The notes under the pieces: model-generated | The model's input: only the letters and a program-made list of their open reading frames with translations | The model's database searches: none | What the model was told of the DNA's origin: nothing | Shown: piece after piece, positions 45,826-55,330 of the stretch | Layout of the letters: each line of letters begins with the position of its first letter | Numbering within the stretch: the first letter of the stretch is position 1 | From: a virus | Taxonomy: Duplodnaviria; Caudoviricetes | DNA length: 64,000 nt | Virus record (IMG/VR): IMGVR_UViG_2698537050_000003 | Span: 20,010 to 84,009 of that record | Reading direction: 5' to 3' (one strand) | Made by a program: the position numbers and the translations under genes

Positions 45826-46410
45826 TTACTTCGGAGCCGAGGCAGAGAGAGTGCCGTCGGCGTTCTTCTTCAGCTTCATTCCCTTGCGGGCGCAGATCGC
45901 CTTGATGTTGATCGACGGCCACTCGGTGGCTTCGGCGATGTCCTTGCGGGTGACCGCCTTCTTGCCGGTGAGCATCGCAATCACGATCTCGACCTTCGAG
46001 CCGTCGCGCTTGGCTGCAGCCGTCTTTTTCGCGGCTGGCTTCGCCTTGGCCTTCTTGGCGGGAGCCTTCGCAGGCTTTGCAGCCTTCGCGGCCTTCGCTG
46101 GCTTGGCCTTGGCATCGCGCGCCTTGTCATCGGCCTTCGCCGCCTCGCTGCCCGCGTCGGCTGGCGTGCGGCCATACAGGGCCGGAACGAGAATCGCGCG
46201 GCCATCGGCGGTGATGGCGTACACCAGCGCCTTGCGGCCATTGTTGGCGGTGGCGTTCAGTTTCGCCGCCTCGATCCGCGCAGCATCGAGCGAGTCGAAC
46301 TCGGTGGTCTGCGGCTTGTTGTCCTTCAGGATCGTCGCGGTGAACTTCTTGCAAGCGGGGATGAGCGCCAGATCGGCGATATCGGCGGGGTGGGTTTTCT
46401 TGATAGTCAT
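45826..46410 (-). CDS. Lys/Ala-rich histone-like protein with C-terminal HTH-like domain
   Basis: AKPAKAAKAAKPAKAPAKK tract; SKVEIVIAML...VTRKDIAEATEW. Confidence 0.7.
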   Translation of the reverse strand: MTIKKTHPADIADLALIPACKKFTATILKDNKPQTTEFDSLDAARIEAAKLNATANNGRKALVYAITADGRAILVPALYGRTPADAGSEAAKADDKARDAKAKPAKAAKAAKPAKAPAKKAKAKPAAKKTAAAKRDGSKVEIVIAMLTGKKAVTRKDIAEATEWPSINIKAICARKGMKLKKNADGTLSASAPK

Positions 46411-46516
46411 TTGGCAGTTCCTTTTTTCAGAAGGCCTTCGCGGAATTGCGGGGCGTTCTGACCGCCTAACCCCGGCACCTTTCGGTTGCCGGGGCGGCTG
46501 GGGAATTTGCCGGGGA

Positions 46517-46624
46517 TCAGCTTCCCTTTCTGATCTCCGCGAGGTGTTGGCGGATCGCCTTCAAAGTTGCCAGCATGCGTTGCAGCTCAGCGAGGCGGGC
46601 GCGGATGGTCTCGGCCTCGGTCAT
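46517..46624 (-). CDS. 35-aa helical micro-protein (not in the ORF track)
   Basis: ATGA overlap with the upstream stop; MTEAETIRARLAELQRMLATLKAIRQHLAEIRKGS. Confidence 0.45.
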   Translation of the reverse strand: MTEAETIRARLAELQRMLATLKAIRQHLAEIRKGS

Positions 46625-47028
46625 TTGAACACCGCGATGCCGCGCGAGTAGCAGCTGTCGAGATCGGTCCCGGCAGATACATCACCGGGCCGCAGGATGA
46701 AGAGCGCCGAGCCGCGAGGATCGCCCTGCACGTAAGAGGCGAAGCCGGGATAGGCTTTCATGATCTTCGCGAGCCGCTTCAGCACTGCAGTCTCCCGATC
46801 AGGAATCCGCGTGCGCCCGCGCTTGCCATTGCTGCCGGTATCGAAAGTCAGGTAAGGCACCTTGGTTTGCTCGTCGCGCTCGATGGCTTCACCGCGCTCG
46901 TTGCCGCACTCCAGCTCGTGCCAGCGATGCAGCGTCATCGAGATGCGCCGCAGCGCGCGTGCATCCACCTCACTGATCCCCGCGCTTATCAGCGTGGCGA
47001 TGCAGTCAGCCTTGGTCTTCGGTCTCAT
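46621..47028 (-). CDS. Phage hypothetical protein, first gene of the leftward operon
   Basis: LRRISMTLHRWHELECG...YVQGDPRGSALFI. Confidence 0.65.
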   Translation of the reverse strand: MRPKTKADCIATLISAGISEVDARALRRISMTLHRWHELECGNERGEAIERDEQTKVPYLTFDTGSNGKRGRTRIPDRETAVLKRLAKIMKAYPGFASYVQGDPRGSALFILRPGDVSAGTDLDSCYSRGIAVFK

Positions 47029-47269
47029 AGTCGGTAGTCTTTCCGGGCCGCGCCCATTGCTTGCTTTTGGGTGCTGCCGCTGGGGTACGGGCTCTAGCCT
47101 CGTCGGCCTGTGGAAGGGTTCGAGGCTGGGGCCTGGCCCCAGTTGCAGCGGTTCGCGGTGGAGAGCTGCGGCCTTGATGAGAAAGGCTAATTCCAAAAAG
47201 GCCTATTTTTGAAGGGCTTTTTTCGCGCCAAAGCCATCCAAATATCTCCACCTACGCCCAAAATAGGGC

Positions 47270-47502
47270 CGTGTGGTCCTGACGCCCCGACGCTGGCGTC
47301 AAGTCGTGCGGAAGCATCCGCATGGCGACGGTGGCAAGAAAGCCCGGTCGCCGGGGAGAGCGCGAAGTAAGCCGTAAAACCATTGCGCAGGGAAGGCCGG
47401 ATGTTCTCCGCTGAACCTGTATGCTCGTGTGCGTGTTCTCTGGGCACATTGCACGCGAGACCGCGGGTGCAGCGCGCACCCGGCTTTCCCTGCGCCCTCT
47501 GT
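47270..47502 (+). repeat. Bradyrhizobium-type intergenic long repeat, apparently 5'-truncated
   Basis: CGTGTGGTCCTGACGCCCCGACGCTGGCGTCAAG...AAGCCGTAAAACCATTGCGCAGGGAAGGCCGG...CCGGCTTTCCCTGCGCCCTC, recognised from memory as a multicopy element. Confidence 0.6.
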
Positions 47503-47575
47503 GTTTCAAGATGGCCAACGATTGCAACAGCTCGGGCGCGTCGCGCCGCGAGAACGCGTACCTTAAGATTGGAGC

Positions 47576-47664
47576 GCCGTCATTGCGAGGAGCGAAGCGA
47601 CGAAGCAATCCATTCTTTCTTTGCGCGGTAACATGGATTGCTTCGCTTCGCTCGCAATGACGGC
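47576..47664. repeat. REP/RIME-like palindrome
   Basis: GCCGTCATTGCGAG..GAAGCAATCCA / TGGATTGCTTC..CTCGCAATGACGGC inverted arms. Confidence 0.85.
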
Positions 47665-47674
47665 CCCCGACCAA

Positions 47675-48460
47675 TTAAACCGGCTTCCCCGCATAGGGCA
47701 TCGACGCCGTGAGGCCGCCGTCGACCGGGATCGCCTGTCCGTTGACGTAGGACGCCTCGTCGCTGGCGAGGAACAATCCCATCGCCGCCAGTTCGTGCGG
47801 CTGGCCCGCGCGCTTCAGGGGATTGAGCTGGCCGATCTTGTCCTGGGTGCCGCGTTCCTTGGCGCGATCGAACACCGGTTTGGTCATGCCGGTTTCGATC
47901 AAGCCCGGGCACACCGCATTGATGCGAATGCCGGTGCCGGACAGCGAGTAGGCCGTGGTCTGCACCAGGCTGATGACGCCGGCCTTGCTGGCGCCGTAAG
48001 GGTGCCCGCTGGCGCCGGCCTTCAGCCCCGCGACGGACGCGGTGCAGATGATCGAGCCAAACCCCTGTTTGGTCATATGTGGGATCGAATGTTTGATCGC
48101 GAGGAACGGGCCGATCAAATTGATACGCAGCACTTCCTGCCAGTGCTCGACGGTTTGTTCGGGGATGGGCACCAGCCCGCCGCTGACGCCGGCATTGGCC
48201 CAGATCGCATCGAGCTTGCCGTATTTCGACACAGCTTTGTCGATGAAGGCCTTCACGTCGCTTTCCGAACCCGCATCCGCCATCACGGCTTCCACGGTAC
48301 CGCCGGCATCGCTGACGAGCTTTGCGGTTTCCTTCACGCTCTCGCTGCGGTCGACCGCAATCAGTTTTGCGCCTTCCTTGGTGAACAACAGCGAAGCGGC
48401 GCGCCCGATGCCGCTTCCAGCGCCGGTGATGATGACGGATTTGCCTTCGAGGCGGCCCAT
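47675..48460 (-). CDS. Short-chain dehydrogenase/reductase
   Basis: TGAGSGIG, ANAG, YGASK, PGLIET, VDGG. Confidence 0.95.
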   Translation of the reverse strand: MGRLEGKSVIITGAGSGIGRAASLLFTKEGAKLIAVDRSESVKETAKLVSDAGGTVEAVMADAGSESDVKAFIDKAVSKYGKLDAIWANAGVSGGLVPIPEQTVEHWQEVLRINLIGPFLAIKHSIPHMTKQGFGSIICTASVAGLKAGASGHPYGASKAGVISLVQTTAYSLSGTGIRINAVCPGLIETGMTKPVFDRAKERGTQDKIGQLNPLKRAGQPHELAAMGLFLASDEASYVNGQAIPVDGGLTASMPYAGKPV

Positions 48461-48617
48461 GAGGTTCTCCCTTGTAACTTATGTGTGTCGGCGCTTGCCG
48501 CTTCACGGAATTTCAAACAAGATTTCAAACGCCCAAGCCACTTGCAACGACAAGTCACTTGAGACGATGTGTGCACTGACGTACAGCCATGGCGAACAGT
48601 ATGGAAGGGTATTCGCG

Positions 48618-49325
48618 ATGTCCAATCCAGCCAAACCAACCGTCGTCGCAACACGGTGGTGGTGGGTGCGCCATGCGCCGGTGCGCAACGACGGCGGCAA
48701 CATCTACGGCCAGTCGGATATCGCCTGCGACACCAGCGATCGCGAGGTGTTCGAGGCGGTCGCGAAGATTCTGCCGCGTAGCGCGGTCTGGTATGCGAGC
48801 AACCTGATGCGCACGCACCAGACGGCGGAGGCGATCTGGGCGGCGGGATTTCCAAAACCATCGGCGATGCCGCACATTGCTGCCTTCGCCGAACAGCATC
48901 TCGGTGAATGGCAGGGAAAGAACCGCGCGGCCTTCATCGCCAGCCGGCCGGTCGGCAGCCACTGGTTCGCCGATATCGACGAGCCTGCACCGGGCGGCGA
49001 GAGTTTCATGGATCTCTATCATCGCACGCGCGGCGCGGTCGAGCGGATCAATGTCGAGCAGGCAGGCAAGGACATCATCGCCGTTGCCCATGGCGGCACG
49101 ATCAAGGCCGCCGTCGGCCTGGCGCTGGGCGGTCAGCCTGAAAAGGGGCTCGCCTTTGACATCGACAATTGTTCGGTGACGCGGCTCGATCACTTCTCAA
49201 GCACTGGCCACAGCAACTGGCGGCTGCCCATGGTGAACCAGCAGCCTTGGATCGCGGATGCCAGGCACGCCGCGATGCATCAGCCGGCCGGTCCGGAAGT
49301 CGTGCCGGAGACCAAGCTGGCGTGA
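48618..49325 (+). CDS. Histidine phosphatase (phosphoglycerate mutase family)
   Basis: VRHA, SNLMRTHQTA, GGES, VAHGGTI, DNCS. Confidence 0.92.
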   Translation: MSNPAKPTVVATRWWWVRHAPVRNDGGNIYGQSDIACDTSDREVFEAVAKILPRSAVWYASNLMRTHQTAEAIWAAGFPKPSAMPHIAAFAEQHLGEWQGKNRAAFIASRPVGSHWFADIDEPAPGGESFMDLYHRTRGAVERINVEQAGKDIIAVAHGGTIKAAVGLALGGQPEKGLAFDIDNCSVTRLDHFSSTGHSNWRLPMVNQQPWIADARHAAMHQPAGPEVVPETKLA

Positions 49326-49401
49326 GGCGCAGTTGTCGAAGGCCGCGATCGCTGCGTAAGCTTAAGAGATGAAAATCAAAACCTGAAATTGGGAGAGAAA
49401 C

Positions 49402-50169
49402 ATGACCTTGTTCGATATGAAGGGAAAAGTCGCCGTCATCACCGGCTCGACGCGCGGCATCGGCCGCGCCATTGCCGAGCGCATGGCCGAGCACGGCGCC
49501 AAGGTCGTGATCTCCTCGCGCAAGCAGGATGTCTGCGATCAGGTGACCAAGGAGATCAACGACAAGTTCGGCAAGGGAACGGCGGTCGCGATTGCGGCGA
49601 ACATTTCCAGCAAGGAAAACCTGCAGAACCTGGTCAACGAATCCAACCGCGCCTTCGGCAAGATCGACGTGCTGGTCTGCAACGCGGCATCCAATCCGTA
49701 TTACGGGCCGCTCGGCGGCATTTCCGACGACCAGTTCCGCAAGATTCTCGACAACAATATCGTCGCCAACAACTGGCTCATCTCGATGGTGGTGCCGCAG
49801 ATGATCGAGCGCAAGGACGGCTCGATCGTCATCGTCTCCTCGATCGGCGGCCTGAAGGGCTCGACCGTGCTCGGCGCCTACGCGATCTCGAAGGCGGCCG
49901 ACATGCAGCTCGCGCGCAACCTCGCCTGCGAATACGGCGAGCACAATATCCGCGTGAACTGCATCGCGCCCGGCCTGATCAAGACTGATTTTGCCAAGGC
50001 GCTGTGGGACAATCCGGAAACCCTCAAAGCCTCCACCGCGCGCTCGCCGCTGCTGCGCATCGGCATCCCCGACGAGATCGCAGGGGCTGCGGTATTCATG
50101 GGATCGGCGGCCGGCGACTTCATGACCGGCCAGACCATCGTCATCGACGGCGGTGCGACGATCAGTTGA
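49402..50169 (+). CDS. Short-chain dehydrogenase/reductase
   Basis: TGSTRGIG, CNAA, YAISK, PGLIKT. Confidence 0.95.
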   Translation: MTLFDMKGKVAVITGSTRGIGRAIAERMAEHGAKVVISSRKQDVCDQVTKEINDKFGKGTAVAIAANISSKENLQNLVNESNRAFGKIDVLVCNAASNPYYGPLGGISDDQFRKILDNNIVANNWLISMVVPQMIERKDGSIVIVSSIGGLKGSTVLGAYAISKAADMQLARNLACEYGEHNIRVNCIAPGLIKTDFAKALWDNPETLKASTARSPLLRIGIPDEIAGAAVFMGSAAGDFMTGQTIVIDGGATIS

Positions 50170-50183
50170 GGATTGGTTGGATG

Positions 50184-50339
50184 CGTGTCCCGGACGCGGT
50201 GCGGCGCGGCATCAGCGCGTTTACGCGCGTCTTCGACGCGCTATGGCTCCGCAGAGCCGGGACCCATTGCGCCCCGGCATAAAGCGCGGGCCCCGGCTCT
50301 GCGACGCACCACTTCGTGCTGCGTCGCGTCCGGGGCACG
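50184..50339. repeat. REP-like palindromic element between convergent genes
   Basis: CGTGTCCCGGACGCG ... CGCGTCCGGGGCACG inverted ends with internal hairpins. Confidence 0.75.
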
Positions 50340-50344
50340 AGACC

Positions 50345-51580
50345 TCACTCCACCGCCGCGTAAACCAGATCGCGCAGCAGCGAGCGGGTATATTGCCGTT
50401 GACCCGGGCCCTGCATCATGAACACCGCGAACAGGTCCTCCTTCGGATCGATCCAGAAGAACGTGCCGGCCATGCCGCTCCAGAAGAATTGACCGAGCGA
50501 GCCCGGGAACGGCGCAATTCCGGCATGGGTGCGGACCGCAAAACCGAGCCCGAAGCCGTGGCCGGGCGGCATCAAGGGAGAGTCGACCTTGACCTCGGGG
50601 CCGAGATGATCCGACGCCATCAGCTCCAGCGTCTTGCGGCCGACGATCCTGGCGCCGTCGAGACTGCCGCCATTGAGCAGCATCTGGCTGAACCGCGCAT
50701 AGTCCATCGTGGTGGAGACCAGTCCGCCGCCGCCGGATTCCATCACCGGCTTTTCCAGCATGTTGAAGAGCTGCACCTTGTCGCCGGTCCACGGATCGGT
50801 CGGGAACGGCTCGGCGAGACGGCCGGCATTGGCTTCGGCGGTGTGGAACGCGGTCTCCGCCATTTGCAGCGGTGCCAGGATGCGTTCGGCGAGGAACGCA
50901 CTGAGCGACTTGCCGCTGACGACTTCGATGATGCGGCCGAGGATGTCGGTGGAGCGGCTGTAGTTCCACTCCGCGCCGGGCTGGCACATCAGGGGCAGGC
51001 TGGCCACGAGGCTCGCGTGTTCCGCGTTGGTGATCTTGCGGCTGCGCAGCCGCGACTCCTGATACAGCCGCTGCACCAGGCCGTTGCCGGTGTGATCGTA
51101 GGTGATGCCCGAAGTGTGCCGCAGCAGATCCTGAACCGTCATCTGCCGCTTCAGCGGGACGAGTTCGAGTTCGCCGTTGTGTTCGACGCCGACTTTCTGG
51201 TTGGCAAATTCCGGGATGAATTTTGCGACCGCGTCGCTGAGCAGGAAATGGCCGTCCTCGATCAGCATCATGATGCCGATCGAGACGATCGGCTTGGTCA
51301 TCGAGAAGATGCGGAAGATGCTGTCCTTCGCCATCGGCGCTGCGGCCAAGGGGCTCTGCTTGCCGATGGCGTCGAACCAGCCGATCTGGCCGCGGCGCGC
51401 CACCAGCACGGTCGCGCCGGGCAGGGTGCCCTTGTCGACCTCGCGTTTGAACGCATCGGACAGTCGCTGCAGGCGAACGGGCGAGAGCCCGAGCTGCTCC
51501 GGCTTGGCGTGCGGCAGCGACGGGGTCTGCGGGACGGAAGTCTGCCTGGCGGCGGTTTGGGCGTTCATGGTCTCTCCCAT
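50345..51580 (-). CDS. Serine hydrolase, beta-lactamase-related family
   Basis: FRIFSMTK (SxxK), LLRHTSG, WNYS, WSGMAGT. Confidence 0.93.
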   Translation of the reverse strand: MGETMNAQTAARQTSVPQTPSLPHAKPEQLGLSPVRLQRLSDAFKREVDKGTLPGATVLVARRGQIGWFDAIGKQSPLAAAPMAKDSIFRIFSMTKPIVSIGIMMLIEDGHFLLSDAVAKFIPEFANQKVGVEHNGELELVPLKRQMTVQDLLRHTSGITYDHTGNGLVQRLYQESRLRSRKITNAEHASLVASLPLMCQPGAEWNYSRSTDILGRIIEVVSGKSLSAFLAERILAPLQMAETAFHTAEANAGRLAEPFPTDPWTGDKVQLFNMLEKPVMESGGGGLVSTTMDYARFSQMLLNGGSLDGARIVGRKTLELMASDHLGPEVKVDSPLMPPGHGFGLGFAVRTHAGIAPFPGSLGQFFWSGMAGTFFWIDPKEDLFAVFMMQGPGQRQYTRSLLRDLVYAAVE

Positions 51581-51776
51581 TTGCTCTTGTTGATTGTGGT
51601 GAGGATGAAGTTTGGCTCAGAAGGTTCGAATTGAACAGGGCGATTTCTGTCGGCATACCGGCAACCCGGCCGGAATTTGCCATGGGGCGACGTTGCATTT
51701 CGCCGTGGATCAACTAAGGGTAGAGGCATAATTGATTGCTACTTTATTGCTGGGAAGCCTGGGGCGCGTTTTGGGG

Positions 51777-52391
51777 ATGTTGTTGGGGCTGGCGCGCATC
51801 ACCGCGCTTGGGGTTGCGCTCGCGCTCGCGGGTTGCGTGACCACCGAGAATTCGCTGTCGCAAAACGATATTGCCGGCATGAAACTGACCGGCGTCACCG
51901 TCAGCTTTGCGCCGGATGCGGGCATCCAGTGGGAGGATGGCATCCGCGCCTACGCCACTTCGAAAGCGATCATCGACGACCAGATTGCGACCGGGACGAA
52001 CACGCCGGAAGGCAAAGCCTACGTCCAGAACATGCTGGCGCCGCGGATCAAGGTGGGCGTCGAGCGGGCGATGGCCGGCCAGCTGATCGGCACGCGGCCG
52101 GTGCGGCTCGACGTCGTCGTCAAAAGCTTTGTCATTGCGTCGGCGGTGCAACGGATTTTGATCGGAGGCGGCCGTGGCATGGTCGCGGATGCCAATCTGG
52201 TCGACGCGCGAACCGGTGCGCTGATCATCGCCTACCCGGACCTGCGAGCGATGCAGATGGTCGGAAATGGGATCGTCGGAACCGCTGTGCAGGCGGCGAT
52301 CGACAGCGCTTCCGCGCAAAGTCCCGCCGACAAGCTGATCGATATCTATGGCGCCAACTATCGCCAATGGCTGCTGCACCTCGCCAGCTGA
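51777..52391 (+). CDS. Lipoprotein
   Basis: Signal peptide with LAGC lipobox. Confidence 0.75.
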   Translation: MLLGLARITALGVALALAGCVTTENSLSQNDIAGMKLTGVTVSFAPDAGIQWEDGIRAYATSKAIIDDQIATGTNTPEGKAYVQNMLAPRIKVGVERAMAGQLIGTRPVRLDVVVKSFVIASAVQRILIGGGRGMVADANLVDARTGALIIAYPDLRAMQMVGNGIVGTAVQAAIDSASAQSPADKLIDIYGANYRQWLLHLAS

Positions 52392-52478
52392 CCGGCAAGT
52401 TTGCCGCTTCGCCCTTGCAATCGGGGTGTGGCTTATGCTTGAAACGGCGCGAACCGGCGGCGACGCATGGTTCCCTGC

Positions 52479-52554
52479 AGGAGTGTAGCTCAATTGGTAG
52501 AGCACCGGTCTCCAAAACCGGGGGTCGCAGGTTCGAGCCCTGCCACTCCTGCCA
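52479..52554 (+). tRNA. trnW: tRNA-Trp (CCA)
   Basis: AGGAGTG/CACTCCT acceptor stem, CCGGT-CTCCAAA-ACCGG anticodon arm, GTTCGAG T-loop, 3' CCA. Confidence 0.97.
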
Positions 52555-52558
52555 GCAA

Positions 52559-52623
52559 AATCAATGACTTACCGGATGTCCTTACGGAACAAAGCGAGAA
52601 CGCTGGACCCAATTTGGACCCAA
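52559..52623 (+). promoter_or_regulatory. att-arm-like region: IHF consensus plus TGGACCCAA direct repeat
   Basis: AATCAATGACTTA (52559-52571) fits WATCAANNNNTTR; TGGACCCAA at 52604 and 52615. Confidence 0.55.
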
Positions 52624-52688
52624 GCGTGATTTCAGGTAGTGTCTCAGTTTGAAATCTGAACTTTTATGCTTAGGGGTTGTGAAATTAA

Positions 52689-54074
52689 TTGCACGGTCAG
52701 TGCATTGTCGGCTCGGGGTCGGCATCCGCTGGATTTCTGCCGTTGTCTCGGCAAATCCGATGGAGCGCCCAGACGCCACCGGTTGATAATCTCAATGCCT
52801 TCGATCCGGTCGAAGAGGACGAAGCCGACGCTGAGGCTGCCAGCACACCGCCGCCGCCCGCTTTCACGTTCGACCTTGCGCCCTATGCGTTCCCTGATCC
52901 GGCCTCGATCCCTCCGCGCGAATGGTTGTTTGGCAGGCACTACATCAGGGGCGCTGTAAGCGCGACCATCGGCGCGCCCGGGCGCCTCAAGAGCACCACC
53001 GTACTGACGGAAATAGTCGGCATGGCGGTTGGCCGCGACCTGATGACCGGTGACGAACTTCGTTCCGGGCCGTTGCGGGCCGCATACCTCAACGGCGAGG
53101 AAGTTCAAGACGAGCTCGACCGCCGCGTCGCCGCCATATGCCAGCACTTTGGGATCAAGCCCGATGATTGCGGCGGGCGGTTGTGGGTGCGCTCGACCCG
53201 TGACAAGCCGATCAGGGTTGCCGTCCGAGGCCCGCGGGGCGACGCGATGGTGCAGGGCGCCGTCGTCACCGCCCTCACGGACTGGTGCAATCAGCGCCAA
53301 ATCGACGCTATCGGCATTGACCCCCTGATCAGTTTTCACGCGGTCCGCGAAGGCGACAACGGCGACATGGACCTGGTGTGCAAGGAGGCCTTCGGGGCCA
53401 TTGCCGGCAAAACCCGAGCCGTCGACCTGGTGCACCACCCGCGCAAACTGGCGCCCGGCGAAAGCAATGCCACCGTCGACGACGCGCGCGGCGCCTCCGC
53501 CGTGCTCGCCGCCGTTCGCTTGGCCAGGGTCTTCAATTTCATGAACACCGCCGAGGCCTCACAGCTCGGCATTGCCGAAGACGACCGCCGGCTCCACGTC
53601 AGGATTGAGAACGGCAAGAACAATCCGGGGCCGATTGGCAAGGCTCATTGGGTATGCATAGAAGTTGAAAACTTAGCCAATGGCGATCAGGTCGCGTGCT
53701 CCAGTTCGTGGACACCGCCAAACCCCTTCGATGGGGTGTCTGTAGACGACCTCAAACTGGTGCAAAAACTGGTGCAAACTGGAGCATTCAGGGCCGACAG
53801 CCGATCGCCAGATTGGCTCGGATGGTGGATGGCCGAAAACCTCCCCATGCTCAACATCAAGACCCGCTATCGCGACCAGCCGCGCAACAAAGCCGAGGTA
53901 GCACGGCTCAACTCGATCCTCAAAATATGGCTGAAAAACAATGCCTTGGAAATTGAAACCCGACACGACGATAAGCGCCGGCAACGAGATTTCTTTGTCG
54001 CCGGCCGGGCTGCCGAAACGCCCCACACCACCCGACCAGCCGATGACGATGATGACCAAATCAACCTGTTATGA
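52689..54074 (+). CDS. AAA_25/RepA-type replicative helicase (start uncertain)
   Basis: IPPREWLFG, GAPGRLKST, YLNGEE, IGIDPLISFH, LVHHPRK, ARGASA. Confidence 0.85.
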   Translation: MHGQCIVGSGSASAGFLPLSRQIRWSAQTPPVDNLNAFDPVEEDEADAEAASTPPPPAFTFDLAPYAFPDPASIPPREWLFGRHYIRGAVSATIGAPGRLKSTTVLTEIVGMAVGRDLMTGDELRSGPLRAAYLNGEEVQDELDRRVAAICQHFGIKPDDCGGRLWVRSTRDKPIRVAVRGPRGDAMVQGAVVTALTDWCNQRQIDAIGIDPLISFHAVREGDNGDMDLVCKEAFGAIAGKTRAVDLVHHPRKLAPGESNATVDDARGASAVLAAVRLARVFNFMNTAEASQLGIAEDDRRLHVRIENGKNNPGPIGKAHWVCIEVENLANGDQVACSSSWTPPNPFDGVSVDDLKLVQKLVQTGAFRADSRSPDWLGWWMAENLPMLNIKTRYRDQPRNKAEVARLNSILKIWLKNNALEIETRHDDKRRQRDFFVAGRAAETPHTTRPADDDDDQINLL

Positions 54075-54085
54075 GCGGAGAAAAC

Positions 54086-54200
54086 AACTGGAGCGAAAGT
54101 GGAGCACAACTGGAGCACCAATTCGCTTTAAAGTCCGGTGTTTTGCTCCAGTGCTCCAGTTGCTCCACTCCCCTATAGGGGGAGTAACTGGAGTGGAGCA
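54086..54200. repeat. Iteron-like TGGAGC cluster with central palindrome (putative origin)
   Basis: TGGAGC at 54089, 54100, 54111, 54194; GCTCCA at 54145, 54153, 54162; CTCCCCTATAGGGGGAG at 54168-54184. Confidence 0.65.
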
Positions 54201-54496
54201 ACGGACCGCCGCCGGAAAACACTGGAAACCGCGACCGCACGAAAACCAACGCGACAGAAAAATTGCGAGCCGCGATCAAGCCGCGATCGAGCCAATTTGC
54301 GCACAACCGCCACACGGTGTGGCAGTTGCCCATATCGCTGGCGCCGCGCGGTGCGAGATCATGCGCGCCGAAAATGAAGCGCCTTGCCGCTATTCCGCTT
54401 GCGGCATTGTGAAACTTAGGAGTTTTGCAACAAAAGGCTGGACAAGCAAAATCAGTGTGTTACGGTTTGCAAAACTTACTTGTGAAATAGTGGAGC

Positions 54497-55057
54497 ATGC
54501 AAATGGCAATACTTGGCTACGCGAGAGTTTCCACCCAAGATCAGCACCTCACCGGCCAACTGGAAGCCCTCCAGGCTGCCGGCGCCACCACGATCTACCG
54601 CGAGAAGATCAGCGGCGCCCGGGCTGATCGGCCGCAGTTGGCGAAGTTGATGGCCTCGCTCAAGGCGGGTGACGTGGTGACGGTCACCAAGCTTGACCGG
54701 CTCGGCCGCTCGACGCGGGAACTGCTCGATCTGATCGAGCGGATCAGCAAGGCCGGCGCGGCATTCCGCTCGCTCGGCGATCCGTTGTGGGACACGTCCA
54801 GCTCGCAGGGTCGGTTACTCTCGACGTTGCTGGCGGCTATTGCCGAGTTTGAGCGCGATCTGATCCGCGAGCGCACCGGAGATGGCCGGAAGCGCGCCAT
54901 GGCGAAGGGCGTGAAGTTCGGGCGCAAGCCGAAGTTGTCAGACTTCCAGCGCCAAGAGGCAATCAGGCGCCGCGCCGCTGGCGAGACCTTGGGCGAGATC
55001 GCCAAGAGCTATGCCGTCGACGTCAGCATGATCTCGCGGCTGGGCGGTGCATCATGA
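54497..55057 (+). CDS. Small serine recombinase (resolvase/invertase)
   Basis: GYARVST, VTKLDRLGRS, AEFERDLIRERT, GRKP, C-terminal HTH. Confidence 0.95.
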   Translation: MQMAILGYARVSTQDQHLTGQLEALQAAGATTIYREKISGARADRPQLAKLMASLKAGDVVTVTKLDRLGRSTRELLDLIERISKAGAAFRSLGDPLWDTSSSQGRLLSTLLAAIAEFERDLIRERTGDGRKRAMAKGVKFGRKPKLSDFQRQEAIRRRAAGETLGEIAKSYAVDVSMISRLGGAS

Positions 55058-55153
55058 CCCCGACCAAGCTCGCGCGCAGCGGAGTTGAATGCTTGCTTAT
55101 CCCTTTGACCTAGATCAACGCCGCGCTCCTGTTCTGGCGCCGGCCTATTCCGT

Positions 55154-55330
55154 ATGACGGATATTGATGCAGCCTGGTTTAAAGCTCTGGCAGAGCGCTA
55201 CCTCGACGAAGCCGCGGCATGCGATCAGATGGCGCGAGCAACCGACCTGAGCAAAGTGGAATGGCTGCGGCTTGCCGCGGAATGGACAAGGCTGGCGACC
55301 GAGGCCGACGCCAGGTCACGGCCCAATTAA
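55154..55330 (+). CDS. Small helical hypothetical protein
   Basis: MTDIDAAWFKALAERYLDEAAACDQMARATDLSKVEWLRLAAEWTRLA; family frequent in rhizobia. Confidence 0.45.
   Translation: MTDIDAAWFKALAERYLDEAAACDQMARATDLSKVEWLRLAAEWTRLATEADARSRPN

Larger units (their letters stand above)
1..47270. mobile_element. Prophage (Mu-like contractile tail module, cargo blocks, early operon and tyrosine integrase); left end lies outside the window
   Basis: Contiguous tail/baseplate operon 83-14636, phage-type small-ORF operons, integrase 42818-44239, switch to host repeats and metabolic genes at ~47270. Right boundary inferred. Confidence 0.8.

Noticed and set aside
47252-47674. ORFs over the intergenic repeats
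   Set aside because: Spurious translations of REP-like and long repeat DNA.
48042-48617. N-terminal extension of the histidine phosphatase
   Set aside because: Overlaps the divergent SDR; the family motif starts after ATG 48618.
50153-51713. Long alternative ORFs of 493 and 490 aa
   Set aside because: Antisense and off-frame shadows of the serine hydrolase in high-GC DNA.
52410-52445. Sigma70 promoter for tRNA-Trp (TTGCAA / TATGCT)
   Set aside because: Spacing is only 13 bp, so it cannot be called confidently.
52530-52554. tRNA-Trp 3' end as att of the left prophage
   Set aside because: Five host genes separate it from the prophage, and no second copy was seen in the window.
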